A stretch of DNA of 64,000 nucleotides, taken from NCBI GenBank assembly GCA_964016885.1, contig CAXHJY010001229.1, positions 88,346-152,345 on the forward strand, written 5' to 3'. The position numbers and the translations under genes are program-made. This document shows positions 1 through 14,165 of the stretch, piece by piece; positions within the stretch are counted from its first letter, which is position 1, and every line of letters begins with the position of its first letter. This stretch comes from Eledone cirrhosa (Eukaryota). The notes under the pieces were generated by a model. The model made no database searches. It was given only the letters and a program-made list of their open reading frames with translations, and had not been told where the DNA came from.

Positions 1-3000
1 TGCACTGTTGACAGTTAAGTGTCTTGGTTATAGACACAGAACAGTGAACTATACCACACTGTGGTATCTACTTACAACTAGGTGGACTGAACTGTTGACA
101 GTTAAGTGTCTTTGTTATAGACACAGTACAGTGAACTATACCACACTGTGGTACCTACTTACAGCTAGGAGGACTGTTGACAGTTAAGTGTCTTGGTTAT
201 AGACACAGTACAGTGAACTATACCATACTGTGGTACCTACTTACAACTAGGTGGACTGTTGACAGTTAAGTGTCTTGGTTATAGACACAGTACAGTGAAC
301 TATACCACACTGTGGTACCTACTTACAACTAGGTGAGCTGTTGACAGTTAAGTGTCTTGGTTATAGACACAGTACAGTGAACTATACTAGACTGTGGTAC
401 CTACTTACAACTAGGTGGACTGGACTGTTGACAGTTAAGTGTCTTGGTTATAGACACAGAACAGTGAACTATACCACACTGTGGTACCTACTTACAGCTA
501 GGTGGACTGTTGACAGTTAAGTGTCTTGGTTATAGACACAGTACAGTGAACTATACCACACTGTGGTACCTACTTACAGCTAGGTGGACTGTTGACAGTT
601 AAGTGTCTTGGTTATAGACACAGTACAGTGAACTATACCACACTGTGGTATCTACTTATAGCTAGGTGGACTGTTGACAGTTAAGTGTCTTGGTTATAGA
701 CACAGTACAGTGAACTATACCATACTGTGGTACCTACTTACAGCTTGGTGGACTGTTGACAGTTAAGTGTCTTGGTTATAGACACAGTACAGTGAACTAT
801 ACCATACTGTGGTACCTACTTACAACTAGGTGGACTGTTGACAGTTAAGTGTCTTGGTTATAGACACAGTACAGTGAACTATACCACACTGTGGTACCTA
901 CTTACAGCTAGGTGGACTGGACTGTTGACAGTTAAGTGTCTTTGTTATAGACACAGTACAGTGAACTATACCACACTGTGGTATCTACTTACAGCTAGGT
1001 GGACTGTTGACCGTTAAGTGTCTTGGTTATAGACACAGTACAGTGAACTATACCACACTGTGGTACCTACTTACAGCTAGGTGGACTGTTGACAGTTAAG
1101 TGTCTTGGTTATAGACACAGAACAGTGAACTATACCACACTGTGGTATCTACTTACAACTAGGTGGACTGAACTGTTGACAGTTAAGTGTCTTTGTTATA
1201 GACACAGAACAGTGAACTATACCACACTGTGGTACCTACTTACAGCTAGGTGGACTGGACTGTTGATAGTTAAGTGTCTTTGTTATAGACACAGTACAGT
1301 GAACTATACCACACTGTGGTACCTACTTACAGCTAGGAGGACTGTTGACAGTTAAGTGTCTTGGTTATAGACACAGTACAGTGAACTATACCATACTGTG
1401 GTACCTACTTACAACTAGGTGGACTGTTGACAGTTAAGTGTCTTGGTTATAGACACAGTACAGTGAACTATACAACACTGTGGTACCTACTTACAACTAG
1501 GTGGGCTGTTGACTGTTAAGTGTCTTGGTTATAGACACAGTACAGTGAACTATACCACACTGTGGTACCTACTTACAGCTAGGAGGACTGTTGACAGTTA
1601 AGTGTCTTGGTTATAGACACAGTACAGTGAACTATACCATACTGTGGTACCTACTTACAACTAGGTGGACTGTTGACAGTTAAGTGTCTTGGTTATAGAC
1701 ACAGTACAGTGAACAATACCACACTGTGGTACCTACTTACAGCTAGGTGGGCTGTTGACAGTTAAGTGTCTTGGTTATAGACACAGTACAGTGAACTATA
1801 CTAGACTGTGCTACCTACTTACAACTAGGTGGACTGGACTGTTGACAGTTAAGTGTCTTGGTTATAGACACAGAACAGTGAACTATACCACACTGTGGTA
1901 TCTACTTACAACTAGGTGGACTGAACTGTTGACAGTTAAGTGTCTTGGTTATAGACACAGTACAGTGAACTATACCATACTGTGGTACCTACTTACAACT
2001 AGGTGGGCTGTTGACAGTTAAGTGTCTTGGTTATAGACACAGTACAGTGAACTATACTAGACTGTGGTACCTACTTACAACTAGGTGGGCTGTTGACAGT
2101 TAAGTGTCTTGGTTATAGACACAGTACAGTGAACTATACTAGACTGTGGTACCTACTTACAACTAGGTGGACTGTTGACAGTTAAGTGTCTTGGTTATAG
2201 ACACAGTACAGTGAACTATACCACACTGTGGAACCTACTTACAACTAGGTGGGCTGTTGACAGTTAAGTGTCTTGGTTATAGACACAGTACAGTGAACTA
2301 TACTAGACTGTGGTACCTACTTACAACTAGGTGGACTGGACTGTTGACAGTTAAGTGTCTTGGTTATAGACACAGAACAGTGAACTATACCACACTGTGG
2401 TACCTACTTACAGCTAGGTGGACTGTTGACAGTTAAGTGTCTTGGTTATAGACACAGTACAGTGAACTATACCACACTGTGGTACCTACTTACAGCTAGG
2501 TGGACTGTTGACAGTTAAGTGTCTTGGTTATAGACACAGTACAGTGAACTATACCACACTGTGGTATCTACTTACAGCTAGGTGGACTGTTGACAGTTAA
2601 GTGTCTTGGTTATAGACACAGTACAGTGAACTATACCATACTGTGGTACCTACTTACAGCTTGGTGGACTGTTGACAGTTAAGTGTCTTGGTTATAGACA
2701 CAGTACAGTGAACTATACCACACTGTGGTACCTACTTACAGCTAGGTGGGCTGTTGACAGTTAAGTGTCTTGGTTATAGACACAGTACAGTGAACTATAC
2801 CACACTGTGGTACCTACTTACAGCTAGGTGGGCTGTTGACAGTTAAGTGTCTTGGTTATAGACACAGTACAGTGAACTATACTAGACTGTGGTACCTACT
2901 TATAGCTAGGTGGACTGTTGACAGTTAAGTGTCTTGGTTATAGACACAGTACAGTAAACAATACCACACTGTGGTACCTACTTACAGCTAGGTGGACTGT

Positions 3001-6000
3001 TGACAGTTAAGTGTCTTGGTTATAGACACAGTACAGTGAACTATACCATACTGTGGTACCTACTTACAACTAGGTGGACTGTTGACAGTTAAGTGTCTTG
3101 GTTATAGACACAGTACAGTGAACTATACCACACTGTGGTACCTACTTACAACTAGGTGGGCTGTTGACAGTTAAGTGTCTTGGTTATAGACACAGTACAG
3201 TGAACTATACTAGACTGTGGTACCTACTTACAACTAGGTGGACTGGACTGTTGACAGTTAAGTGTCTTGGTTATAGACACAGAACAGTGAACTATACCAC
3301 ACTGTGGTACCTACTTACAGCTAGGTGGACTGTTGACAGTTAAGTGTCTTGGTTATAGACACAGTACAGTGAACTATACCACACTGTGGTATCTACTTAC
3401 AGCTAGGTGGACTGTTGACAGTTAAGTGTCTTGGTTATAGACACAGTACAGTGAACTATACCATACTGTGGTACCTACTTACAGCTTGGTGGACTGTTGA
3501 CAGTTAAGTGTCTTGGTTATAGACACAGTACAGTGAACTATACCACACTGTGGTACCTACTTACAGCTAGGTGGACTGTTGACAGTTAAGTGTCTTGGTT
3601 ATAGACACAGTACAGTGAACTATACCACACTGTGGTATCTACTTACAGCTAGGTGGACTGTTGACAGTTAAGTGTCTTGGTTATAGACACAGTACAGTGA
3701 ACTATACCACACTGTCGTACCTACTTACAGCTAGGTGGGCTGTTGACAGTTAAGTGTCTTGGTTATAGACACAGTACAGTGAACTTTACCACACTGTGGT
3801 ACCTACTTACAGCTAGGTGGGCTGTTGACAGTTAAGTGTCTTGGTTATAGACACAGTACAGTGAACTATACTAGACTGTGGTACCTACTTACAGCTAGGT
3901 GGACTGTTGACAGTTAAGTGTCTTGGTTATAGACACAGTACAGTGAACTATACCACACTGTGGTATCTACTTACAGCTAGGTGGACTGTTGACAGTTAAG
4001 TATCTTGGTTATAGACACAGAACAGTGAACTATACCACACTGTGGTATCTACTTACAACTAGGTGGACTGAACCGTTGACAGTTAAGTGTCTTTGTTATA
4101 GACACAGTACAGTGAACTATACCACACTGTGGTACCTACTTACAGCTAGGAGGACTGTTGACAGTTAAGTGTCTTGGTTATAGACACAGTACAGTGAACT
4201 ATACCATACTGTGGTACCTACTTACAACTAGGTGGACTGTTGACAGTTAAGTGTCTTGGTTATAGACACAGTACAGTGAACTATACCACACTGTGGTACC
4301 TACTTACAGCTAGGTGGACTGGACTGTTGACAGTTAAGTATCTTGGTTATAGACACAGTACAGTGAACTATACCACACTGTGGTACCTACTTACAGCTAG
4401 GTGGACTGTTGACAGTTAAGTGTCTTGGTTATAGAGACAATACAGTGAACTATACCACACTGTGGTACCTACTTACAGCTAGGTGGACTGGACTGTTGAC
4501 AGTTAAGTGTCTTTGTTATAGACACAGTACAGTGAACTATACCACACTGTGGTATCTACTTAAAGCTAGGTGGACTGTTGACCGTTAAGTGTCTTGGTTA
4601 TAGACACAGTACAGTGAACTATACCACACTGTGGTATCTACTTACAACTAGGTGGACTGAACTGTTGACAGTTAAGTGTCTTGGTTATAGACACAGAACA
4701 GTGAACTATACCACACTGTGGTACCTACTTACAGCTAGGTGGACTGAACTGTTGACAGTTAAGTGTCTTTGTTATAGACACAGTACAGTGAACTATACCA
4801 CACTGTGGTACCTACTTACAGCTAGGAGGACTGTTGACAGTTAAGTGTCTTGGTTATAGACACAGTACAGTGAACTATACCATACTGTGGTACCTACTTA
4901 CAACTAGGTGGACTGTTGACAGTTAAGTGTCTTGGTTATAGACACAGTACAGTGAACTATACCACACTGTGGTACCTACTTACAGCTAGGTGGGCTGTTG
5001 ACAGTTAAGTGTCTTGGTTATAGACACAGTACAGTGAACTATACTAGACTGTGGTACCTACTTACAACTAGGTGGACTGGACTGTTGACAGTTAAGTGTC
5101 TTGGTTATAGACACAGAACAGTGAACTATACCACACTGTGGTATCTACTTACAACTAGGTGGACTGAACTGTTGACAGTTAAGTGTCTTTGTTATAGACA
5201 CAGTACAGTGAACTATACCACACTGTGGTACCTACTTACAGCTAGGAGGACTGTTGACAGTTAAGTGTCTTGGTTATAGACACAGTACAGTGAACTATAC
5301 CATACTGTGGTACCTACTTACAACTAGGTGGACTGTTGACAGTTAAGTGTCTTGGTTATAGACACAGTACAGTGAACTATACCACACTGTGTTACCTACT
5401 TACAGCTAGGTGGGCTGTAGACAGTTAAGTGTCTTGGTTATAGACACAGTACAGTTAACTATACTAGACTGTGGTACCTACTTACAACTAGGTGGACTGG
5501 ACTGTTGACAGTTAAGTGTCTTGGTTATAGACACAGAACAGTGAACTATACCACACTGTGGTACCTACTTACAGCTAGGTGGACTGTTGACAGTTAAGTG
5601 TCTTGGTTATAGACACAGTACAGTGAACTATACCACACTGTGGTACCTACTTACAGCTAGGTGGACTGTTGACAGTTAAGTGTCTTGGTTATAGACACAG
5701 TACAGTGAACTATACCACACTGTGGTATCTACTTACAGCTAGGTGGACTGTTGACAGTTAAGTGTCTTGGTTATAGACACAGTACAGTGAACTATACCAT
5801 ACTGTGGTACCTACTTACAGCTTGGTGGACTGTTGACAGTTAAGTGTCTTGGTTATAGACACAGTACAGTGAACTATACCACACTGTGGTACCTACTTAC
5901 AGCTAGGTGGACTGTTGACAGTTAAGTGTCTTGGTTATAGACACAGTACAGTGAACTATACCACACTGTGGTATCTACTTACAGCTAGGTGGACTGTTGA

Positions 6001-9000
6001 CAGTTAAGTGTCTTGGTTATAGACACAGTACAGTGAACTATACCACACTGTGGTACCTACTTACAGCTAGGTGGGCTGTTGACAGTTAAGTGTCTTGGTT
6101 ATAGACACAGTACAGTGAACTATACCACACTGTGGTACCTACTTACAGCTAGGTGGGCTGTTGACAGTTAAGTGTCTTGGTTATAGACACAGTACAGTGA
6201 ACAATACTAGACTGTGGTACCTACTTACAGCTAGGTGGACTGTTGACAGTTAAGTGTCTTGGTTATAGACACAGTACAGTGAACTATACCACACTGTGGT
6301 ACCTACTTACAGCTAGGTGGACTGTTGACAGTTAAGTGTCTTGGTTATAGACACAGTACAATGAACTATACCACACTGTGGTATCTACTTACAGCTAGGT
6401 GGACTGTTGACAGTTAAGTGTCTTGGTTATAGACACAGTACAGTGAACTATACCATACTGTGGTACCTACTCACAGCTTGGTGGACTGTTGACAGTTAAG
6501 TGGCTTGGTTATAGACACAGTACAGTGAACTATACCACACTGTGGTACCTACTTACAGCTAGGTGGACTGTTGACAGTTAAGTGTCTTGGTTATAGACAC
6601 AGTACAGTGAACTATACCACACTGTGGTATCTACTTACAGCTAGGTGGACTGTTGACAGTTAAGTGTCTTGGTTATAGACACAGAACAGTGAACTATACC
6701 ACACTGTGGTATCTACTTACAACTAGGTGGACTGAACTGTTGACAGTTAAGTGTCTTTGTTATAGACACAGTACAGTGAACTATACCACACTGTGGTACC
6801 TACTTACAGCTAGGAGGACCGTTGACAGTTAAGTGTCTTGGTTATAGACACAGTACAGTGAACTATACCATACTGTGGTACCTACTTACAACTAGGTGGA
6901 CTGTTGACAGTTAAGTGTCTTGGTTATAGACACAGTACAGTGAACTATACCACACTGTGGTACCTACTTACAGCTAGGTGGGCTGTTGACAGTTAAGTGT
7001 CTTGGTTATAGACACAGTACAGTGAACTATACCACACTGTGGTATCTACTTACAACTAGGTGGACTGAACTGTTGACAGTTAAGTGTCTTGGTTATAGAC
7101 ACAGTACAGTGAACTATACCACACTGTGGTACCTACTTACAGCTAGGTGGACTGTTGACAGTTAAGTGTCTTGGTTATAGACACAATACAGTGAACTATA
7201 CCACACTGTGGTATCTACTTACAGCTAGGTGGACTGTTGACAGTTAAGTGTCTTGGTTATAGACACAGTACAGTGAACTATACCATACTGTGGTACCTAC
7301 TTACAGCTTGGTGGACTGTTGACAGTTAAGTGTCTTTGTTATAGACACAGTACAGTGAACTATACCACACTGTGGTACCTACTTACAGCTAGGAGGACTG
7401 TTGACAGTTAAGTGTCTTGGTTATAGACACAGTACAGTGAACTATACCACACTGTGGTATCTACTTACAGCTAGGTGGACTGTTGACAGTTAAGTGTCTT
7501 GGTTATAGACACAGTACAGTGAACTATACCACACTGTGGTACCTACTTACAGCTAGGTGGGCTGTTGACAGTGAAGTGTCTTGGTTATAGACACAGTACA
7601 GTGAACTATACCACACTGTGGTACCTACTTACAGCTAGGTGGACTGTTGACAGTTAAGTGTCTTGGTTATAGACACAGTACAGTGAACTATACCACACTG
7701 TGGTATCTACTTACAGCTAGGTGGACTGTTGACAGTTAAGTGTCTTGGTTAAAGACACAGTACAGTGAACTATACCATACTGTGGTACCTACTTACAGCT
7801 TGGTGGACTGTTGACAGTTAAGTGTCTTGGTTATAGACACAGTACAGTGAACTATACCACACTGTGGTACCTACTTACAGCTAGGTGGACTGTTGACAGT
7901 TAAGTGTCTTGGTTATAGACACAGTACAGTGAACTATACCACACTGTGGTATCTACTTACAGCTAGGTGGACTGTTGACAGTTAAGTGTCTTGGTTATAG
8001 ACACAGAACAGTGAACTATACCACACTGTGGTATCTACTTACAACTAGGTGGACTGAACTGTTGACAGTTAAGTGTCTTTGTTATAGACACAGTACAGTG
8101 AACTATACCACACTGTGGTACCTACTTACAGCTAGGAGGACCGTTGACAGTTAAGTGTCTTGGTTATAGACACAGTACAGTGAACTATACCATACTGTGG
8201 TACCTACTTACAACTAGGTGGACTGTTGACAGTTAAGTGTCTTGGTTATAGACACAGTACAGTGAACTATACCACACTGTGGTACCTACTTACAGCTAGG
8301 TCGGCTGTTGACAGTTAAGTGTCTTGGTTATAGACACAGTACAGTGAACTATACTAGACTGTGGTACCTACTTACAACTAGGTGGACTGGACTGTTGACA
8401 GTTAAGTGTCTTGGTTATAGACACAGAACAGTGAACTATACCACACTGTGGTACCTACTTACAGCTAGGTGGACTGTTGACAGTTAAGTGTCTTGGTTAT
8501 AGACACAGTACAGTGAACTATACCACACTGTGGTACCTACTTACAGCTAGGTGGACTGTTGACAGTTAAGTGTCTTGGTTATAGACACAGTACAGTGAAC
8601 TATACCATACTGTGGTATCTACTTACAGCTAGGTGGCCTGTTGACAGTTAAGTGTCTTGGTTATAGACACAGTACAGTGAACTATACCATACTGTGGTAC
8701 CTACTTACAGCTTGGTGGACTGTTGACAGTTAAGTGTCTTGGTTATAGACACAGTACAGTGAACTATACCACACTGTGGTACCTACTTACAGCTAGGTGG
8801 ACTGTTGACAGTTAAGTGTCTTGGTTATAGACACAGTACAGTGAACTATACCATACTGTGGTACCTACTTACAGCTTGGTGGACTGTTGACAGTGAAGTG
8901 TCTTGGTTACAGACACAGTACAGTGAACTATACCACACTGTGGTACCTACCTACAGCTAGGTGGACTGTTGACAGTTAAGTGTCTTGGTTATAGACACAG

Positions 9001-9250
9001 TACAGTGAACTATACCACACTGTGGTATCTACTTACAGCTAGGTGGACTGTTGACAGTTAAGTGTCTTGGTTATAGACACAGTACAGTGAACTATACCAT
9101 ACTGTGGTACCTACTTACAGCTTGGTGGACTGTTGACAGTTAAGTGTCTTGGTTACAGACACAGTACAGTGAACTATACCACACTGTGGTACCTACTTAC
9201 AGCTAGGTGGACTGTTGACAGTTAAGTATTTTGGTTATAGGCACAGTACA
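1..9250. repeat. Tandem satellite, 82-bp unit (87-bp variants with an extra GGACT/GAACT), about 110 copies, running off the left edge
   Basis: Unit GACTGTTGACAGTTAAGTGTCTTGGTTATAGACACAGTACAGTGAACTATACCACACTGTGGTACCTACTTACAGCTAGGTG starts at 505 and again at 587 (period 82); few substitutions per copy; ends abruptly near 9250. Confidence 0.98.
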
Positions 9251-9371
9251 GCCTCTACATCCTCCTTAACAACATAATCAGCCCAGAGTTTTCGTTTCAT
9301 TATAACCTTTACATTATCATATTACTAATGAAAGCAGTGTCAATGATTGACTTGTTTTTAGATAAATATAT

Positions 9372-9582
9372 TGGTTTCTTATATAGGCACAAGGCCAGTG
9401 ATTTTGGGGAGGGGAAAGTCAATTAAATCGACTCCAGTGCGTGACTGGTACTTTATTTTATCGACCCCGTGAGGATGAAAGGCAAAGTTAACGTCGGCGG
9501 GATTTGAACTCAGATCATAAAGGGCCGTAACTCTTTGCTGCAAAGCATAGCGCCCGACTCTCTACCGATACTGCCAATCCAA
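9372..9582 (-). mobile_element. tRNA-derived SINE, family A
   Basis: Minus strand reads TTGGCAGTATCGGTAGAG (A-box-like)...GAGTTCAAATCC (B box)...TTTGCCTTTCATCC..GGGGTCGATAAAATAAAGTACCAG; similar copies at 13965, 14778 and 27862-28375. Confidence 0.85.
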
Positions 9583-9877
9583 TAAATATATTAACACTTT
9601 AAAATAAACAGTTTTGTATCATAGAACCTTGACAGTTATCGGGTGGATTTGTACCAAAAGTTTTAAAAAGTATTCATTTTTCTTTAGACTTTGAAGCATG
9701 TTATTCTACTATCTTATATTACAAGATCAAACTCATTCAAGTAAGTGAATATATCAGAGAAATATATATACTAGACCACCCATGACCCATTGGGTCACAT
9801 TCACTTAAAAAATAATTTTTAGATAATTAAAATATACACAGACATGTATATAATGTAAAATGAAATTGGGAGGCCCA

Positions 9878-9952
9878 TATGTGTGTGTGGGGGTGTGTGT
9901 GTATATATATATATATGCGGGTGTCTGTGACCTATATACACCGGTCACAGAT

Positions 9953-10026
<74 letters not shown>

Positions 10027-10080
10027 GCACACACATATATATATATATATTTACACTCACACACATATACACATACACAC
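9878..10080. repeat. Compound (TG)n/(TA)n/(CA)n microsatellite
   Basis: Directly visible dinucleotide tracts. Confidence 0.95.
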
Positions 10081-10929
10081 TTAGAAACCCTTTCTATTTA
10101 GCAGGATACAGTAATCCTGTATTCGTTTCTTTGAAGTCACCGGTTGTAATTTCATTCAACAACACCACCAGCTCTCTCTCTTCCTTCTCTGTCTCCTTCT
10201 CTCACCCTCTCTATGTCTCTCTTTCAATCTACTCTCTCACAACCAATCTCTTTCTCTCTATCCTTCTCTCTCTCTGTTTATGAAGGTACCCAGAAAACCC
10301 CATATCTCAAGAACCCATGCTTCGATATACGTGAAACTTGTTTTATTCCATTTGTATTCCCATTTCAGGGACAACTTCCTTTCAAAGTATTTTCCCATTA
10401 CAGACAAGCGAGCAAGCAAGCAATCACAGAGTTTTAGTAATATATATATCATCAGCCTCATTATCATCAATTTTTCCAAGCTTGCATGCCTTAGACAGTT
10501 TGTCACATTATCAGACAAGTCAGATCAGAAGACCATGTTTTGCTCATAGGAATCTATATTTTGGCTAGGTTTCTACAGCTAGATACCCTTCCTAATGCCA
10601 ACTGCATTTTAGTGTAGGTTTTTTATTGTGGCACCAAAACTACCATCTAACAGGGTAGACTGGGTGCTTTTTTTCATTGTATCAACAGCACAATTACCTT
10701 ACAGAGTGGACTGGATGCTTTCTTCTTGTGTCACCAGCACATTTACTTTACAGGGTGGATTGGGTGTTGCCTCTTGTCATGTTACCAGCACTTTTGTTGT
10801 TGTGCTACCAGATTACTATACAGGGGAACTTAGCATCGTGGGAGATCAGAATTGGAGCATGTCCAGCTTTCCATGTTTGTATGCATGAGTTGAGCAAGAG
10901 ACATGCATTAGACATGATGAATGAGGGTC

Positions 10930-11720
10930 TACTTATCTTCTTGCTTGCTCTTGCTCAATGAGACTGGAGTCATCATAGGTCAGCATTTCCAGGGGGATCA
11001 TCATGCATAGAGCTAACCAGGCCCACCAGTGCCCTCCATTGCTGGTGGTCCCATGCCATCGCTGGTGGTTCCATCTGCATCCTCCAAGCTGACATAAAGC
11101 CTCTGGAGACCTTCATTAATTACATCCAGCCATCTGGTGCAGGGCTTGCTGAGGGGCCTCTTCCAGCCTGTAGGTGCTGCTGGTAGGATGATCTGGTGGG
11201 AGGCAGAGGACATATCTGTATCAGCGCATGCGGCAGATGGCTATGAGGCGGGAGGCTGTGGGCTGATGTATGTGCACATACAACTCTTTGTTAGAAATGT
11301 GGTGGTACCATCTGATGTTCCCAAGGCTCTGCTATCAAAGTTGTTGCTAGGGCCCATGTTTCTGCTCCATAGAGGAGAATGGAGAAGACCGATGCATTGT
11401 AGATATGGAGCTTCATCTTGACTCTGGTGGCCAAACCACATCTGCAGCTGATCTCCAGAATCAAGTTTCTATTGTTGGTGACTGTCGAGCCCAGGTAAAT
11501 GAAGGAGCTGACAAGCTCAGGGCCAATATTAAGCAGGGGAGGTTCCAAGTAATTTCTGACATGAATCAGCTTGGCGACCTCTACCAAACTCCTGAGATCT
11601 TTCAATAATGAGACAAAGGGCAGAAATGTAGTCGATGGTAGATTCATTTGGCATGAATCTGGCTTGTGGGCAACATCTGTTTCTGATGCTGAGAAGAGCA
11701 TATAGGATCTTGGTGAAGAG
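10930..11720 (-). mobile_element. Decayed RTE-clade LINE, 3' part of ORF2
   Basis: ORF 11291-11701(-) contains FIYLGSTVT...KLHIYNASVFSILLYGAETW, the typical RTE post-RT region; frameshifted. Confidence 0.8.
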
Positions 11721-12921
11721 CTTTCTTGGGATGGATAGGCGGGTGATGCCCTTGTGCTAATAATGTCATTGGTTCAATCCTACAGCACAGCTTCTTGGGC
11801 AATTGTCAGTTACCATAGCCTTGGGTCAATCAAAGCTTTGTGATTGAAATTGTGAAGATGGAAACTGTTTAGAAGTCCATGGACAGTCTGTACCTGGAAT
11901 TCAAAGGGCCAGTCTTGTCACACTGAATCTCTCTGAGAATTCTGTTATGGAAACACATGTATGTGGAATTCTCAGCCACATGAACTTCAATACAAGATGA
12001 ACTGAACCTACAATTCAAAGGACCAATGGAATTTCCCTGAAAATTATGTTAAGGGTACATGAGTCTGTGGAATGCTCAGTTACCTGCTCAGTAGGTTCTT
12101 CTGTTAATAAAACAACAGGAAAAATCCATCCATTCCATGTAAAACTGTGAGCAAATAAGTTTCATCATATTTTCTAATTTATTCGGTTTTTACTTTGTTA
12201 ATCATGTTGTTTTGATGTTTCTGTATAACTTTCAATGTCCTGTACCACAGGAAATACATTCACGAAAAGTACAAAATGGCACTATGACTATCAAATTAAA
12301 AAGTGGAGTGTTTACTCTCATACTTCATGTTTTCCCAATGATCTGTCCACTAGTAAAGATACTATAAACATTTGAATTAACAAACCCCCATGAAATTACA
12401 TTATTAAAACATTAATGAAAAGTAGAAAACAACTCCATGACTGCATCACACTAAAAATATGAAGTGTTTACTCTAATACTGCATATTTTCACAATGATTT
12501 TTCCACTAGTAAAGATACCATACTCATTTGAATTAACAATCTTTTTAGATCATCATCATCATCATCATCATCATTTTACATCTGCTTTTCCCTGCTTGCA
12601 AGGGATATTTCTGCTAAATCGTTAGAGATAGAGATAGACCCAAGCAGAGCTACAGCTTGAGTTCTGCCAATTAGAACATGACTTATTGATCTCTCAGCCA
12701 CTTATCCATTGAAGATATAAATAGACGATGATTTATTGATTATAGAAAAATTATAATTGTCCCAAAAAATTTATTTTCACTCTACCAACATCAGAAAAAT
12801 CACCAAACTATTTAACACCAATATTGCTCAATATCTTTTAACAACTACTTCACATTTATTGTTGCCTAAGCTGAAAGCAAATGAAAATGTTAACTTCAGT
12901 CGATAGGCTTCAAACATTTAA

Positions 12922-13129
12922 CCCTTTAGCATTTAAACCAGCCATATCTGGCCAGAACTCTTTCACCTCTTTCTGTTCAAACCGGCTATAACCAGCTGCT
13001 CATACCAATGTCAAGGTATTGTTTTCAAAATAAATAATATCAAAATCTCATAGATTCAATATTATGTGAGATAAAGCCTTTACTCTGAAAATATGATAGT
13101 ATATATAGAGTAATATAAATGCTAAAGGG
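12922..13129. mobile_element. piggyBac-type MITE
   Basis: TTAA|CCCTTTAGCATTTA ... TAAATGCTAAAGGG|TTAA: 14-bp TIRs with TTAA target duplication; second copy at 33339-33536. Confidence 0.9.
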
Positions 13130-13964
13130 TTAAAGAGGACTTTCATGTTGCATAAGCATTTTTGACAATAAAATCTGATGTGCAAGCACTTTTTGTGCCA
13201 ATATTTCTGCCTATTTTACTACTCATCATTCCACCAAGCACAAAACAGATTTTCTTTACAGACGCAAAGGATCTTTTGTTACTGTGATCAGAGTATCACA
13301 TACTTCTTCATCAATAAAATTCTGCCACTTCTATAGTTTCATCACTCAGATGTAGTATATGTGGGAGTTATCGCAATTCTTCAGTCACTAATGATGCTGC
13401 ATCCCATATTGAAGAACTATTGGTGCCTATTACTTATTTCATCTGTAAAATAACAGGTTAGATACTAGTATATATAAACATATTGTTGTATGTCTTTGTC
13501 ATCTATCTTTGTTACAGCTTGTTGAAGAAACCAAATATCATTTATTCCTTGTGTAAAATACCAGGTTAAGTACTAGTATATATAAACAATATAAAGAAAC
13601 CAACTCAATTTATAACAAAGCAAAAATCTCAATTAAATTCCTCTCTATTCGTAACAAAGACTGGAACATTCTGAAATATACACTAAATCTAATTGTTTTG
13701 CATTTTTCTGTTTCCAATTAAATATTAAGGCCTAACAAATGTTAGAATGAATTAATTTCCTGGTTTGCTTTCCTGTGTCTGTATTCTAATTCTAAACTAT
13801 ATTCAGAGTTGGTGAGCTTAGCACAACAACTCTGAAACTGACACATATACAACTCTTCCTCAACAAATATTAGTGACGTTTCATACTCTACCTTCTTTTT
13901 ATTAACGAGAAGACAAAATAGTAATATATAATATTGCATTATATTATAATATATCATGTGGATT

Positions 13965-14165
13965 GGCAGAATCAGTAGAGTGTTGGGAAAAATCCCATTA
14001 TGGTATTTGTTCTGGCTCTTTACATTCTGAGTTGAAATCCCATCAAGGTCAACTTTAACTTTCATCCTTTTGGGATTGATGAAATAAAATACCAGTCAAG
14101 TAGTGGTGTTTATTTAATCAACTTTGCCCATCTCCCAAATTTGCTGGCTTTGTGCCTAAATTAAA
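13965..14165 (+). mobile_element. tRNA-derived SINE, family A (diverged)
   Basis: TTGGCAGAATCAGTAGAG...GAGTTGAAATCC...CTTTCATCCTTTTGGGATTGATGAAATAAAATACCAG...TTGTGCCTAAA. Confidence 0.75.

Noticed and set aside
500-565. Hammerhead ribozyme within the satellite unit (GTGG-a-CTGTTGA...GAAC-TATA-CCAC)
   Set aside because: The motif order is suggestive, but two essential core bases are wrong in all copies (CUGUUGA, GAAC) and stem II does not close next to the core
1089-5264. 88-aa repetitive ORFs (MTVKCLGYRH...)
   Set aside because: They arise only where 87-bp (29-codon) units are adjacent; TTG starts and no gene context
1-9250. CRISPR-like array
   Set aside because: Units are contiguous with no unique spacers, there are no cas genes, and the context is eukaryotic
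13742-14065. 107-aa minus-strand ORF
   Set aside because: N-terminus is antisense SINE sequence and the remainder has no recognisable motif
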